Source: an uncultured Verrucomicrobiae bacterium
GTDB lineage: Bacteria; Verrucomicrobiota; Verrucomicrobiia; Chthoniobacterales; UBA10450
Assembly: GCA_963838045.1 (NCBI GenBank)
Contig: CAWIPQ010000002.1
Coordinates: forward strand, 21,014 to 85,013
Length of the DNA: 64,000 nt
Direction: 5' to 3'
Shown here: positions 39,997 through 50,123 of the stretch, one piece after another
Numbering within the stretch: position 1 is the stretch's first letter
Layout: each line of letters begins with the position of its first letter
Notes under the pieces: model-generated
Database searches by the model: none
The model's input: only the letters and a program-made list of their open reading frames with translations
What the model was told of the DNA's origin: nothing
Program-made: the position numbers and the translations under genes

Positions 39997-40422
39997 ATGC
40001 CATTGATGCCCAAACGCGTGAAGTATAGGAAATCCCAGCGGGGGAGTCGAAAGGGTACGGCTTCGCGTAATCTCACCATCGATTTTGGCGAGTTCGGCTT
40101 ACAAACACTCGAACGCGCATGGATCACCAACACGCAACTGGAAGCCGCCCGCGTGGCGCTGACTCGCAACATGAAGCGTAAGGGCAAACTGTGGATCCGC
40201 GTTTTCCCGGACAAGCCGGTAACCGCGCGTCCACCGGAAACCCGCATGGGCAAAGGCAAAGGCCAGCCCGAATTCTGGGTCGCAACGGTTCGTCCCGGCA
40301 ACATTTTGTTTGAGCTCGACGGCGTGCCGGAATCTGTCGCGCGTGAATCGTTGCGGCTGGCAGCCGACAAGTTACCTGTGCGCACGAAATTTCTCACACG
40401 CCATCATGTGAGGGTGGCTTAA
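39997..40422 (+). CDS. rplP: 50S ribosomal protein L16
   Basis: [13 protein letters not shown]... Confidence 0.97.
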   Translation: MPLMPKRVKYRKSQRGSRKGTASRNLTIDFGEFGLQTLERAWITNTQLEAARVALTRNMKRKGKLWIRVFPDKPVTARPPETRMGKGKGQPEFWVATVRPGNILFELDGVPESVARESLRLAADKLPVRTKFLTRHHVRVA

Positions 40423-40427
40423 GGACC

Positions 40428-40631
40428 ATGAAGACAAAGGAACTCATCGAGCTTGGGATGGACGAGCTACTGACCAAACGACGCGACCTGCGTCAGGAAA
40501 CCTTGCATCTGCGTCTGCAACAACAGAGCGGACAGCTCGAGCAGCCCAGCAGGTTGCGCTTGTTGCGCCGGGACCTGGCAAGAATTGAAACGGAGCTATC
40601 GCACCGAGCGAAGAAAGTTGAGGAGAAATAG
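40428..40631 (+). CDS. rpmC: 50S ribosomal protein L29
   Basis: 67 aa, helical, in the conserved position. Confidence 0.9.
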   Translation: MKTKELIELGMDELLTKRRDLRQETLHLRLQQQSGQLEQPSRLRLLRRDLARIETELSHRAKKVEEK

Positions 40632-40634
40632 ATC

Positions 40635-40931
40635 ATGGCCGAACAAGAATCTCCGCCAGAGGCATCAACACCAACGCCATCGGCGACCCGTCGCGCGCGC
40701 AAGACGCGCACAGGCGAAGTCGTTTCCAGCGGCATGAACAAAACGATTGTGGTGCGGACGGTCACGCGGGTGCCGCATCCGAAATTCGGCAAGATCGTCA
40801 AGCAGATGAAGAAATTTTACGCCCACGACGAACAGAATGAAGCGAAACCGGGCGACACTGTTCGTATCATGGAAACGCGGCCGCTGAGCAAGCTAAAGCG
40901 ATGGCGCCTGGTGGAGGTCATTCAAAAGTAA
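40635..40931 (+). CDS. rpsQ: 30S ribosomal protein S17
   Basis: ...[16 protein letters not shown]...KFYAHDE...GD.V.I.ETRPLSK.KRW. Confidence 0.95.
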   Translation: MAEQESPPEASTPTPSATRRARKTRTGEVVSSGMNKTIVVRTVTRVPHPKFGKIVKQMKKFYAHDEQNEAKPGDTVRIMETRPLSKLKRWRLVEVIQK

Positions 40932-40937
40932 AATCCC

Positions 40938-41303
40938 ATGGTCCAAATTCGATCCAGACTGGATGTGGCAGATAACAGCGGCGCACGCATGGCGACGATG
41001 ATCGGCGTGATCGGCAAACAGACCGCTTTCGCCGGTATCGGTGACGTGATTACCGCCAACGTGAAGGAAGCCAGCCCCACTGGCACGGTGAAGAAGGGGG
41101 AAGTGGTTCGGGCGGTTCTCGTTCGGACAAAACAGCCGATCCGTCGCGAGGATGGCTCACTGCTGCGCTTCGATAATAATGCCATTGTTATCATCGATAA
41201 GGATCTGAACCCTCGCGGCACACGTATCTTTGGGCCGGTGGCCCGCGAATTGCGCGAGCGCAATTTTATGAAAATTGTTTCGCTCGCCCCGGAAGTGTTA
41301 TGA
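40938..41303 (+). CDS. rplN: 50S ribosomal protein L14
   Basis: [17 protein letters not shown]... Confidence 0.97.
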   Translation: MVQIRSRLDVADNSGARMATMIGVIGKQTAFAGIGDVITANVKEASPTGTVKKGEVVRAVLVRTKQPIRREDGSLLRFDNNAIVIIDKDLNPRGTRIFGPVARELRERNFMKIVSLAPEVL

Positions 41304-41614
41304 ACCGCATCAAGTGCCACGTTAAAAAAGGCGACCACGTTGAGGTCATTTCCGGCAACTTCCGCGGGTCTTCGGGGAAAATCCTCGCAGTGTTTCCCGG
41401 CAAGCAGCGCGTCCTGGTGGAAGGGGTTCGCATCATCAAGAAGCACCTTCGCAAATCACAGGACAATCCCAGTGGTAAGATCGCAGAACGCGAAGGTGCG
41501 ATTCACATTTCCAATGTGCGATTACTCGAGCGTGAAAAAACAGCAAAGGACGAAAAATCCAAAAAAGGCAAACAACAGGAAAGCCCGGAACGGAGCGAGA
41601 GCACGCGCAAATAA
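41300..41614 (+). CDS. rplX: 50S ribosomal protein L24 (charged tail)
   Basis: [21 protein letters not shown], a KOW motif. Confidence 0.95.
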   Translation: MNRIKCHVKKGDHVEVISGNFRGSSGKILAVFPGKQRVLVEGVRIIKKHLRKSQDNPSGKIAEREGAIHISNVRLLEREKTAKDEKSKKGKQQESPERSESTRK

Positions 41615-41667
41615 TGTCAGATCGCGACTATAATATTCTTCCCATTTCAGAATAACAGGTTGTTGGT

Positions 41668-42240
41668 ATGGAAAACGAATTTCGTCGACACTACAAGGAA
41701 CAGGTGATGCCCGCGCTAAAGGAGCGCCACGGCTACAAGAACGTCCATCAAATTCCGAAGGTGGAGAAGGTGGTGATCAATACTTCTGTTGGTTCACAGT
41801 CAGACTTGAAGCAGGCCTTGGAAGAAGCAAAAGCGGAGCTGGAACTGATTACGGGACAACGGCCGGTGGAGACCCTGGCAAAGAAGAGCATCTCCAATTT
41901 CAAATTGCGCAAGAGTCAAGCGATCGGAGCAAAGGTCACGCTTCACGGAGATCGCATGTATGAATTTCTGGAGCGATTTATCAAGGCCGCTCTCCCCCGC
42001 ATTCGCGATTTTCGCGGCGTATCGCCTCGATGTTTCGATAACCACGGTAATTATACACTCGGCGTTTCGGATCAGTCGATTTTCCCGGAAATCGAGCTCG
42101 ACAAAATTAAGCGGAACATCGGATTTGATGTTACAATCGTCACTACGGCTCAAACGGATGACGAAGCGAAATCGCTGTTGAGCGAAATGGGAATGCCGTT
42201 TAGCGACCGGGTAAAGAAGCCCGCCGCGCAAGCCGCCTGA
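41668..42240 (+). CDS. rplE: 50S ribosomal protein L5
   Basis: ...IPKVEKVVINTSVG...FRGVS...GNYTLG. Confidence 0.96.
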   Translation: MENEFRRHYKEQVMPALKERHGYKNVHQIPKVEKVVINTSVGSQSDLKQALEEAKAELELITGQRPVETLAKKSISNFKLRKSQAIGAKVTLHGDRMYEFLERFIKAALPRIRDFRGVSPRCFDNHGNYTLGVSDQSIFPEIELDKIKRNIGFDVTIVTTAQTDDEAKSLLSEMGMPFSDRVKKPAAQAA

Positions 42241-42250
42241 TTTTTTTTCT

Positions 42251-42649
42251 ATGAGTACCGTTACAGATCCTATTGCTGATTTTCTGGCGCGTGTCCGCAA
42301 CGGCGCGGCGGCGCATCGGCCCGAAGTGCTCATTCCGTATTCCCGGATCAAAGCGGAACTTGCGCGTATCCTGAAGGAGGAAGGATATATCTCTGATTAT
42401 TCGGTTGACACGAGTGGCGCTCATCCGCGCATCAAGCTCGTCAATAAGCTTGTGGACCGATCGAGCGCGGTTGCGGGACTACGGCGGATCAGCCGGCCCG
42501 GGTTGCGCCGTTATGTTGGTGCGGATGAAATCCCGCGAGTGCTTGGCGGAATGGGTCTGGCGATTCTTTCCACATCGAGAGGGATTTTGTCCGGCCGCGA
42601 AGCGAGAAAGCAAAGGATCGGTGGCGAACTACTGGCCTACGTTTGGTGA
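42251..42649 (+). CDS. rpsH: 30S ribosomal protein S8
   Basis: DPIADFLARVRNG...; follows rplE after 10 nt, with no S14 gene between. Confidence 0.96.
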   Translation: MSTVTDPIADFLARVRNGAAAHRPEVLIPYSRIKAELARILKEEGYISDYSVDTSGAHPRIKLVNKLVDRSSAVAGLRRISRPGLRRYVGADEIPRVLGGMGLAILSTSRGILSGREARKQRIGGELLAYVW

Positions 42650-42686
42650 CGATTTACCTCCCAACGATTTAACGAATTACGAACTC

Positions 42687-43226
42687 ATGTCACGAATTGG
42701 AAATAAAGCGGTCGAGATTCCCGATAAGGTCAAGGTCAACATCGGCGATAGAGGAGAAGTGTCGGTGGAGGGACCGAAGGGTAAGATGCAATGGACGCTT
42801 CCGCGGGAGATCAGCGCAAGCGTGAAAGACAACTCTGTATCGGTCGCGCGCAAGGCGGAAACCCGCAGCGCGAAAGCGTTGCACGGACTTTCGCGTAGTC
42901 TGGTTTACAACATGGTTTTGGGAGTCAGCGAGGGCTTCACCAAGCAACTCGAGATCGAGGGGGTCGGCTTCAGAGCGGCCGTGCAGGGATCGAATCTCAA
43001 TTTAAGCCTCGGATTCTCGCACCCGGTTGCATTTTCGATTCCGAAAGACATTAAAATTACCGTGGCAGATAACACCAAAATCACGATCCAAGGCGTCGAT
43101 AAAAAGTTAGTGGGCCAAGTTGCCGCCGATATCCGCCGCTTTTATCCGCCGGAGCCTTACAAGGGCAAAGGCGTACGCTACGCGGGAGAACAGATTCGTC
43201 GCAAGGAAGGAAAGACCGTTCAATAA
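42687..43226 (+). CDS. rplF: 50S ribosomal protein L6
   Basis: ATG 42687; [17 protein letters not shown]... Confidence 0.95.
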   Translation: MSRIGNKAVEIPDKVKVNIGDRGEVSVEGPKGKMQWTLPREISASVKDNSVSVARKAETRSAKALHGLSRSLVYNMVLGVSEGFTKQLEIEGVGFRAAVQGSNLNLSLGFSHPVAFSIPKDIKITVADNTKITIQGVDKKLVGQVAADIRRFYPPEPYKGKGVRYAGEQIRRKEGKTVQ

Positions 43227-43227
43227 T

Positions 43228-43590
43228 ATGGCGACGATTCGTAAGGCAGCGCGGCAGCGCATTCATGGCAGGATCCGGAAAAAGGTCGCGGGTACGGCTC
43301 AACGCCCCCGGCTCGCGGTTCATTTTTCCGGGAAACATGTTTATGCGCAGGTAATCGATGACGATGCCGGACGGACAATCGCCGCTGCATCGACGGCTGA
43401 GCGCTCGTTGCTGGGCAGCGGTAAAGCGCATGCAAACCGCACCACTGCGGAATTGGTTGGCAAGACAATCGCGGAACGTTCATTGGCGAAAAAGCTTGAT
43501 AGCGTTGTTTTTGATCGCGGCGGGTTTCTCTATCACGGAAAGGTCAAGGCACTGGCAGATGCGGCCCGCGCCGGCGGATTAAAGTTTTAA
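43228..43590 (+). CDS. rplR: 50S ribosomal protein L18
   Basis: ATG 43228; ...[20 protein letters not shown]...[20 protein letters not shown]. Confidence 0.95.
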   Translation: MATIRKAARQRIHGRIRKKVAGTAQRPRLAVHFSGKHVYAQVIDDDAGRTIAAASTAERSLLGSGKAHANRTTAELVGKTIAERSLAKKLDSVVFDRGGFLYHGKVKALADAARAGGLKF

Positions 43591-43594
43591 TTAC

Positions 43595-44158
43595 ATGAAT
43601 CATACAAGCTCAGGACGACGAGGAGACTCACGCAGGTCAGAAAAAGCTTCCGTGGCCAAGGGAGATACCTCGGAGAAAGTCGTGTTCATCAATCGTTGCG
43701 CAAAAGTCGTAAAAGGCGGCCGTCGATTCAGCTTCAGTGCGTTGATTGTGGCTGGCGATCATGATGGCAAGGTGGGATACGGGTTTGGAAAGGCCAATGA
43801 AGTTTCCGAGGCAATCCGCAAGGCCTCCGAGGCCGCGCGTAAATCGATGGGAAAAGTTTCGTTGAACGAGAACACGATCCCTCACGAAGTGATCGGTGAA
43901 TTCGATGGTGCGCGTGTGTTACTGCGACCTGCTTCGCCGGGAACCGGGATCATTGCTGGCGGCGGAGTGCGAGCCGTTGCGGAAGCGGCCGGTATTCGCG
44001 ACGTGCTGGCCAAATCTCTGGGCTCAAGCAATCACGCTAACGTGGTCAAGGCGACTATCGCTGCGCTGCGGTCGCTTCGGCGGAAGGAGGAGATTTTTAA
44101 AATACGTGGAATTACGGCACGCGATGGAAAGGGGGAATTACATGGTACGCCTGCATAA
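43595..44158 (+). CDS. rpsE: 30S ribosomal protein S5
   Basis: ...[34 protein letters not shown]. Confidence 0.96.
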   Translation: MNHTSSGRRGDSRRSEKASVAKGDTSEKVVFINRCAKVVKGGRRFSFSALIVAGDHDGKVGYGFGKANEVSEAIRKASEAARKSMGKVSLNENTIPHEVIGEFDGARVLLRPASPGTGIIAGGGVRAVAEAAGIRDVLAKSLGSSNHANVVKATIAALRSLRRKEEIFKIRGITARDGKGELHGTPA

Positions 44159-44705
44159 TCTCCGACCGCGTCCAGGCTCGCGTCATCGCGTCAAACGCCT
44201 CGGCTGCGGTGAAAGTTCCGGTCACGGAAAGACCAGCGGGAAAGGGAGCAAAGGCCAGAAGGCGCGTTCCGGCGGGAGCATCCGGCTTGGATTTGAAGGC
44301 GGCCAGATGCCGTTGATTCGGCGATTGCCGAAACGCGGATTCAACAACGCCGCGTTCCACAAGCATTACGCCGTGGTGAACCTAAGCGACCTCAACGCAT
44401 TTGAGGCTGGCACCGAAGTGGACGAACAACTGTTGCGTCAATCGAATCTAGTACGCGGCCATTTCGAGGGAATAAAAATTCTTGGCGAGGGCGAGCTAAA
44501 GCACGGTCTGAAAGTTCAAGCGGATAAGTTCAGTACGGCCGCGCGGGAAAAAATCGAGAAGGCTGGGGGAACCGTTACCTTGCGTGACAGGCGGAAAAGT
44601 GAGAAAACCGAAAAAGAGGTTGCTCCGTCCGAAACGAAAGCGGTCGCGACAGCGAAGCCGCGTGCTAAGAAGAAAGCCAGGTCGCCCAGGAAAAAGCGCG
44701 AATGA
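44142..44705 (+). CDS. rplO: 50S ribosomal protein L15 (Lys-rich tail)
   Basis: ATG 44142; [35 protein letters not shown]. It overlaps rpsE, and no L30 gene lies between. Confidence 0.94.
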   Translation: MVRLHNLRPRPGSRHRVKRLGCGESSGHGKTSGKGSKGQKARSGGSIRLGFEGGQMPLIRRLPKRGFNNAAFHKHYAVVNLSDLNAFEAGTEVDEQLLRQSNLVRGHFEGIKILGEGELKHGLKVQADKFSTAAREKIEKAGGTVTLRDRRKSEKTEKEVAPSETKAVATAKPRAKKKARSPRKKRE

Positions 44706-46210
44706 TTTCTGCGTTTTTAAACACCGTCAAAATACCGGAGCTGCGGCGGCGCATCTTATATACGCTGGCGGTGATTGTGATTGTGCGTCTGGGGGCGGCA
44801 ATCACCACGCCGGGTGTCAATCAGGGCGTCCTGCAGGAGTGGTTTCATACTTCATTGAGTCAGCGCACCGGAGGCGGTCTGGCAGCGTTATTTAATTTGT
44901 TTAGCGGCGGTGCGCTGGAAAACTGCGCCATATTTTCGCTTGGCATCATGCCGTACATTAGCGCCTCGATCATGATGCAGTTGCTGACGGCGGTGATTCC
45001 GCAACTCGGCAGAATGTCGCGAGAAGACGGTGGTCGTCAGAAGATCATGCAGTTGACGCGTTACACCACAGTGGTGTTGTGTATTTTTCAAGGTTATCTG
45101 CTGGCGCTTTCGTTTCAGCACCCGGAATCGTATCACACCATGCTGCCCGGCATCACTGATACGATAAGGCAGCTCGGCGTCCCGCTGGTGGATGATCTTG
45201 GTTGGAAATTTCGAATTGTAACGGTGATCTCCCTGACGACCGGCACAATGTTGTTGATGTGGCTGGGCGATCAAATCACCGAGCGTGGTATCGGCAACGG
45301 CATCTCGCTCATTATCACCATCGGCATCGTGGCGCGCCTGCCGGCCGCGCTGGTCCAGGCGTGGAAGACTTTTGTGCCTTCGGGGCAAACCGGCTCGAGC
45401 CAGGTGAATCCGATGGTCCTTGTCTTGCTCGTAGTGGTTTTGATTTTTGTCATCGCAGCGGTAATCGCGATTACGCAAGGCGTCCGGAAAATCACTGTGC
45501 AGTACGCAAAGCGTGTAGTCGGCAGGAAAATGTACGGTGGTCAAACACAGTACATGCCTTTAAAAGTGAATTACGCCGGCGTGATGCCCATCATCTTTGC
45601 CTGGGCGCTGCTTCTTTTCCCGGCTACAATCGTCAGCTACGGCTTTAAAGGCAGCCCAATCGCCAACCGTATCGCTGCTGCGCTTTCCACCGGCTGGGTT
45701 CATTATGTCGTTCTTGCGGGTATGATTTTCTTTTTCAGCTATTTCTGGGTCGCCACGCAATTTCAACCGACCCAAATTGCCGATGACCTGAAGAAGTACG
45801 GCGGCTACATCCCCGGTGTGCGGCCCGGAAAACCCACGGCCGACTTTCTTGATTTTACCATGACACGATTGACTTTTGCCGGTGCGATTTTTTTGACGTT
45901 GATCGCGGTTTTTCCAAGCCTGCTCAGTCAGTCGCTCAATGTGCCGGTAATCACCGCTCAGTTCTTCGGTGGCACAAGTTTATTGATCATTGTTGGTGTC
46001 ATGCTCGACACCATGCGGCAAGTCGAGACTCACCTGATTCAGCGGCATTACGACGGTTTTCTGCGCAAAGGCCGGATTCGGGGGAGATCGTTTGACCGAG
46101 CGGCTTACTCGCGCGGCGACGTGGCGACAAGAGGCACCCTGATCTGGTTTGGTGTAGGCATTGCAGTGCTCGTGATTGCCGGGGTCGCGATCTTTCTATA
46201 TGGGCGATAG
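44702..46210 (+). CDS. secY: preprotein translocase subunit SecY
   Basis: 502 aa with 10 TM segments and GIMPYISASI. Confidence 0.97.
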   Translation: MISAFLNTVKIPELRRRILYTLAVIVIVRLGAAITTPGVNQGVLQEWFHTSLSQRTGGGLAALFNLFSGGALENCAIFSLGIMPYISASIMMQLLTAVIPQLGRMSREDGGRQKIMQLTRYTTVVLCIFQGYLLALSFQHPESYHTMLPGITDTIRQLGVPLVDDLGWKFRIVTVISLTTGTMLLMWLGDQITERGIGNGISLIITIGIVARLPAALVQAWKTFVPSGQTGSSQVNPMVLVLLVVVLIFVIAAVIAITQGVRKITVQYAKRVVGRKMYGGQTQYMPLKVNYAGVMPIIFAWALLLFPATIVSYGFKGSPIANRIAAALSTGWVHYVVLAGMIFFFSYFWVATQFQPTQIADDLKKYGGYIPGVRPGKPTADFLDFTMTRLTFAGAIFLTLIAVFPSLLSQSLNVPVITAQFFGGTSLLIIVGVMLDTMRQVETHLIQRHYDGFLRKGRIRGRSFDRAAYSRGDVATRGTLIWFGVGIAVLVIAGVAIFLYGR

Positions 46211-46222
46211 GTGAAGCGATAG

Positions 46223-46882
46223 GTGAAAAGGCGGCTTGTTCTTCTCGGCCCGCCCGGTTCCGGCAAAGGCACCCAGGCGGAAATGATTACGCGGCACTTC
46301 GGGATTCCGGTGACTTCGCCGGGGGCCATTTTGCGCCGCGAACGCGACCTCGGGACGGCGCTGGGCCAGGAAACCGCCGAGGTGCTGCAGAGGGGCGGAC
46401 TCGTCTCGGACAAAATTATCATCGAACTGATCGAGGACTGGTTGCGCTTGCACGGCGGCCATGGATTCGTCTTCGACGGATTTCCTCGGACATTGCCGCA
46501 GGCCGAAAGCTTGATGTCGATGTTGACGAAGTTGCGTACCGCGCTGGATTTGGCGATTTGGCTGGAGGTATCGGAACAAACAGTGCGCGATCGCATCACC
46601 GGGCGTCTTCAATGCGCCGAATGCGGTTTTACCACCAGTTCATCGAGTGCGCAGTTCGCCAACCGGCCGGTATGCCCGTATTGCGACGGACGATTGGAGC
46701 GCCGTAACGATGATGAGCTGGGCGTCTTGCAAACGCGGTTGCAAGAATTCCGCACGAAGACCGAGCCGCTGGGAGCCTTTTACAAAAAGCTGTCGATCCT
46801 GCATCGCATCGATGGCAACCGCGAACGCGAAGAAGTGTTCGGTGAAATCTCGCGATTGATTGAAGACAAGACCCCGAAATGA
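46223..46882 (+). CDS. adk: adenylate kinase (zinc lid)
   Basis: GTG start; GPPGSGKGTQ P-loop; CAECG...CPYCDG lid. Confidence 0.95.
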   Translation: MKRRLVLLGPPGSGKGTQAEMITRHFGIPVTSPGAILRRERDLGTALGQETAEVLQRGGLVSDKIIIELIEDWLRLHGGHGFVFDGFPRTLPQAESLMSMLTKLRTALDLAIWLEVSEQTVRDRITGRLQCAECGFTTSSSSAQFANRPVCPYCDGRLERRNDDELGVLQTRLQEFRTKTEPLGAFYKKLSILHRIDGNREREEVFGEISRLIEDKTPK

Positions 46883-47655
46883 TTCCGATCAAAAACGCGA
46901 AGGAGATCGACAAAATGCGGCAGGCCTGCCGCACGGCGAGCGATATTCTTGACCGCGTAGCGGAGTTAATTCGCCCTGGCGTTACGACCAAGGAAGTCGA
47001 TGAGGCGGCGGCGGACTTTATGCGAGAGGCACAGGTGAAAAGTGCACCTCTCGGCTATCGTCTCGGGCAGCGGGTTTTTCCCGGTAATATTTGTATTTCG
47101 CTTAACGAGGAAGTGGTACACGGCATCGGTAGCCAACGACGAATTCAATATGGCGATATCGTGAAGGTCGACATCACTATCGTTCAAGATGGCTGGGTTG
47201 GTGATACCGCAACGACGGTACCGGTGGGAATCATTGACGAACGCACCGATCTGTTGCTACGCGCCACGGAAAGTGCCCTCGCACGCGCCATCGCTGTCGC
47301 CCACGAAGGGCGACGTGTTGGTGACATTTGTGCCGAAATTGAGGAGGAAGCGCGCCGCAATGGTTTTTCGGTGGTCCGGGAATTTGTCGGACATGGCGTG
47401 GGACGCAAAATGCATGAGGAACCGCAAATACCTAATTACGGGAAGCGCGGCAGCGGGCCAAAACTAAAGGCGGGTATGACGTTGGCCATCGAGCCAATGA
47501 TTAACATCGGCACCTCTGAAGTGCGATTGCTCGACGATGGCTGGACGGTGTGCACGGCGGACGGCCTGCCGTCGGCACACTTCGAGCACACCGTTCTGAT
47601 CACCAAAGGTGACCCCGAAATTCTTACATGGCGCGCAAAGACGCAATTGAGGTAG
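46879..47655 (+). CDS. map: type I methionine aminopeptidase
   Basis: ...VVHGIG...DIVKVD...[10 protein letters not shown]...EPM...EHT. Confidence 0.95.
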   Translation: MIPIKNAKEIDKMRQACRTASDILDRVAELIRPGVTTKEVDEAAADFMREAQVKSAPLGYRLGQRVFPGNICISLNEEVVHGIGSQRRIQYGDIVKVDITIVQDGWVGDTATTVPVGIIDERTDLLLRATESALARAIAVAHEGRRVGDICAEIEEEARRNGFSVVREFVGHGVGRKMHEEPQIPNYGKRGSGPKLKAGMTLAIEPMINIGTSEVRLLDDGWTVCTADGLPSAHFEHTVLITKGDPEILTWRAKTQLR

Positions 47656-47846
47656 AGGGCACTGTCGTCGAGTTGTTGCCTAACACCATGTTCCGGGTCG
47701 AGATTCCGGGGGGCCGTCGCGTGCTGGCACACATTTCCGGCAAAATGCGTCTGCATTTCATTCGGATCTTGCCAGGAGACAAAGTTATGCTAGAGATTTC
47801 ACCCTACGATTTGTCGAAAGGGCGAATTATTTATCGCCAAAGATGA
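47628..47846 (+). CDS. infA: translation initiation factor IF-1
   Basis: [25 protein letters not shown]...ISGKMR. Confidence 0.95.
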   Translation: MARKDAIEVEGTVVELLPNTMFRVEIPGGRRVLAHISGKMRLHFIRILPGDKVMLEISPYDLSKGRIIYRQR

Positions 47847-47884
47847 CAACGCGGCGGGCGGCCGCGGTTTTTCGATTTCGAATT

Positions 47885-47998
47885 ATGAAAGTACGACCAT
47901 CAGTAAAAAGGCTTTGTGCGAGTTGCAGGATTGTAAAGCGCAAGAACGTTGTGCGCGTGATCTGCAAAAACCCGCGGCACAAGCAACGCCAGGGATGA
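47885..47998 (+). CDS. rpmJ: 50S ribosomal protein L36
   Basis: Not in the ORF track because it is under 60 aa. ATG 47885 gives [37 protein letters not shown]. Confidence 0.92.
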   Translation: MKVRPSVKRLCASCRIVKRKNVVRVICKNPRHKQRQG

Positions 47999-48013
47999 AC
48001 ATATGATTGAACT

Positions 48014-48104
48014 GTCATTCTGAGCGGAGCGAAGCGGAGTCGAAGAATCCCGCGGCTATACTGAGAGCAGTTTTACGGGGTCCCTCGACTTCGTTCGGGA
48101 TGAC
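48014..48104. mobile_element. second copy of the GTCAT(C/T)C(C/T)GAGCG... MITE-like palindrome, inverted relative to 32315-32407
   Basis: The reverse complement aligns along its full length with 32315-32407. It lies between rpmJ and rpsM. Confidence 0.75.
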
Positions 48105-48128
48105 GGCGCAAAACAGGACTATTGATTT

Positions 48129-48524
48129 ATGCCAAGACTATTAGGAGTTGAAATTCCGGCGGATAAACGCGTCGAAGTGTCCCTGACGTACATTTACGGA
48201 GTCGGGTTCAGCACCGCGAAACGCATTCTAGAGCAGACCAACATCGATCCGAACATTCGCGCGAAAGACCTTACCCCCCAGCAGTTAAACGAGATCATCC
48301 ACGCGATCACTAACAACAAGATTAAGATCGAAGGCGATCTGCGCCGCGAGGTGCAAGGCAATTTGAAACGTTTGCAGGCGGTCAATTGTTATCGCGGCAT
48401 CCGTCACCGAAAAGGCTTGCCGGTGCGCGGCCAACGCACTTCGACAAATGCCCGAACACGAAAAGGACCTCGCAAAACAGTGGGGGTAATCCGCAATCCG
48501 GACGCGAAAGCTGGCAAGGTTTAA
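48129..48524 (+). CDS. rpsM: 30S ribosomal protein S13
   Basis: [15 protein letters not shown]... Confidence 0.97.
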   Translation: MPRLLGVEIPADKRVEVSLTYIYGVGFSTAKRILEQTNIDPNIRAKDLTPQQLNEIIHAITNNKIKIEGDLRREVQGNLKRLQAVNCYRGIRHRKGLPVRGQRTSTNARTRKGPRKTVGVIRNPDAKAGKV

Positions 48525-48536
48525 CCACAATTTCAC

Positions 48537-49133
48537 ATGGCTGAAGAAACAACTCCCGCAAACCCGGACGAAACAAAGACGCCCGACCAACCTGCGCAAC
48601 AGGAACCGGCCGCCAAAGAGGCTGCTCCAAAGGCCGAAGCCGCGCCCAAGCGTCCGGCGCCAAAGAAAACGGCAAAAACCAAGAAAGAGCAGCAGTCGGG
48701 GGCTGCGACCGGATCGTCGGAGAACCTTTCGCTCTCAACGGACGAGGTTGATAAACCGAAGATCGTTAAGGCCAAAGGCAGCAAGAATGTTCATTCAGGC
48801 GTCGCGCACGTGCTGGCAACTTTTAACAATACCATCGTCACGATCACTGATTTGAACGGCAACGTGATTGGGTGGTCGAGTGCCGGGAAAGTCGGCTTCA
48901 AGGGCTCGCGCAAAAGCACTGCTTATGCTGCACAAATGGTGGCGCAGGACGCCTCGCGTCAGGCGATGGGGCACGGGCTGAAGGAAGTGGAAGTCTTAGT
49001 CAAAGGTCCGGGCGCCGGGCGCGAATCGGCGGTGCGCGCGTTGCAAGCCATCGGACTTGATCTCACGGTAATTCGCGACGTCACGCCGGTCCCTCATAAC
49101 GGTTGCCGTCCGCCCAAGCAGCGCAGGGTTTAA
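48537..49133 (+). CDS. rpsK: 30S ribosomal protein S11 with a Pro/Ala/Lys-rich N-terminal extension of about 65 aa
   Basis: The conserved core begins ...[23 protein letters not shown]. Length is 198 aa; typical S11 proteins are around 130 aa. Confidence 0.95.
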   Translation: MAEETTPANPDETKTPDQPAQQEPAAKEAAPKAEAAPKRPAPKKTAKTKKEQQSGAATGSSENLSLSTDEVDKPKIVKAKGSKNVHSGVAHVLATFNNTIVTITDLNGNVIGWSSAGKVGFKGSRKSTAYAAQMVAQDASRQAMGHGLKEVEVLVKGPGAGRESAVRALQAIGLDLTVIRDVTPVPHNGCRPPKQRRV

Positions 49134-49161
49134 CGTCCAACGCCGAACATCGAATTTACGA

Positions 49162-49773
49162 ATGGCTAGATACACAGGACCAAAAACAAAAGTGAGCCGG
49201 CGTTACGGTGTACCGCTGTTCGGTTCGTCAAAGGCTCTCGAGCGGAAGAATTATCCCCCCGGCCAGCATGGCCCGCGAGGCTCCCGACGAAAACAATCCG
49301 ATTACGCGATTGCGCTCGGTGAGAAACAGAAGCTGCGTTATCAGTACGGATTGCTCGAGCGACAGTTCCGGCGCATTTTTCAACGTGCATTGCGCAAACG
49401 GGGCGTCACCGGCGAAACGCTTCTTCAGCTGTTGGAAACCAGACTCGATAATGTTGTTTACCGCCTTGGTTTTGCGAATACCCGGAGCGCCGCACGCCAA
49501 CTGGTATCTCATGGTCACGTGCTCGTGAATGGGCGCCGGGTTAACGTCGCCTCATACAACGTAAAAGCCGGCGATGAGGTTACGATCAAAGACAAACCGA
49601 AATCGCGACAACTGGTGCTGCGGAATCTTGATCTCACCCAAATTGTTCCCGTGCCCGACTGGCTCACAGTCGATCGCGACGGCCTCAATGGCAAAGTCGC
49701 GCGCATCCCTTCCCGGGAAGAAATGCAGCCCATTGTGAACGAGCAACTCGTAGTCGAGCTGTATTCGCGATAG
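49162..49773 (+). CDS. rpsD: 30S ribosomal protein S4
   Basis: MARYTGPKTKVSRR...S4 domain. Confidence 0.97.
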   Translation: MARYTGPKTKVSRRYGVPLFGSSKALERKNYPPGQHGPRGSRRKQSDYAIALGEKQKLRYQYGLLERQFRRIFQRALRKRGVTGETLLQLLETRLDNVVYRLGFANTRSAARQLVSHGHVLVNGRRVNVASYNVKAGDEVTIKDKPKSRQLVLRNLDLTQIVPVPDWLTVDRDGLNGKVARIPSREEMQPIVNEQLVVELYSR

Positions 49774-49861
49774 CGGCGAATCATTCGAGTCGGCCGCAAT
49801 ACAAGATCGGTGGGTGGTTCAACCTCGGGCAGCTCGATCAGGATCGTTACCGCGCAGGCAA

Positions 49862-50059
49862 AGGTAGTGTTCGCGAATTGTCAGTTGGCGGTCTTGGCAC
49901 TCGTTGCGAGGGTCGCCTCGCCCTTCTCAAGGGAGAGGGGAGGGTTGCTCCATGCGTCTCGTCTGCCGAACTCAAAAACCCCTCACCTCACTCCTCTCCC
50001 CTTGCGAAGGGGAGAGGCGGAACAACAGCCGTTGAACTGACAATCAACGAACACTACCT
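49862..50059. mobile_element. 198-bp MITE-like element with 25-bp terminal inverted repeats
   Basis: The left TIR is AGGTAGTGTTCGCGAATTGTCAGTT (49862-49886). The reverse complement of 50035-50059 is AGGTAGTGTTCGTTGATTGTCAGTT, matching at 22 of 25 positions. The interior holds GGGAGAGGGGAGGG / CCTCTCCCCTTGCGAAGGGGAGAGG hairpins. Confidence 0.75.
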
Positions 50060-50123
50060 GCAGGTAGAACTCGCTGATTTTGTTCGTGACATTTGCCGCG
50101 GCGTTTTGCAGAAATCCGTAACA

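Noticed and set aside
40922-41446. 174-aa minus-strand ORF
   Set aside because: It is antisense to rplN/rplX.
44888-45544. 218-aa minus-strand ORF
   Set aside because: It is antisense to secY.
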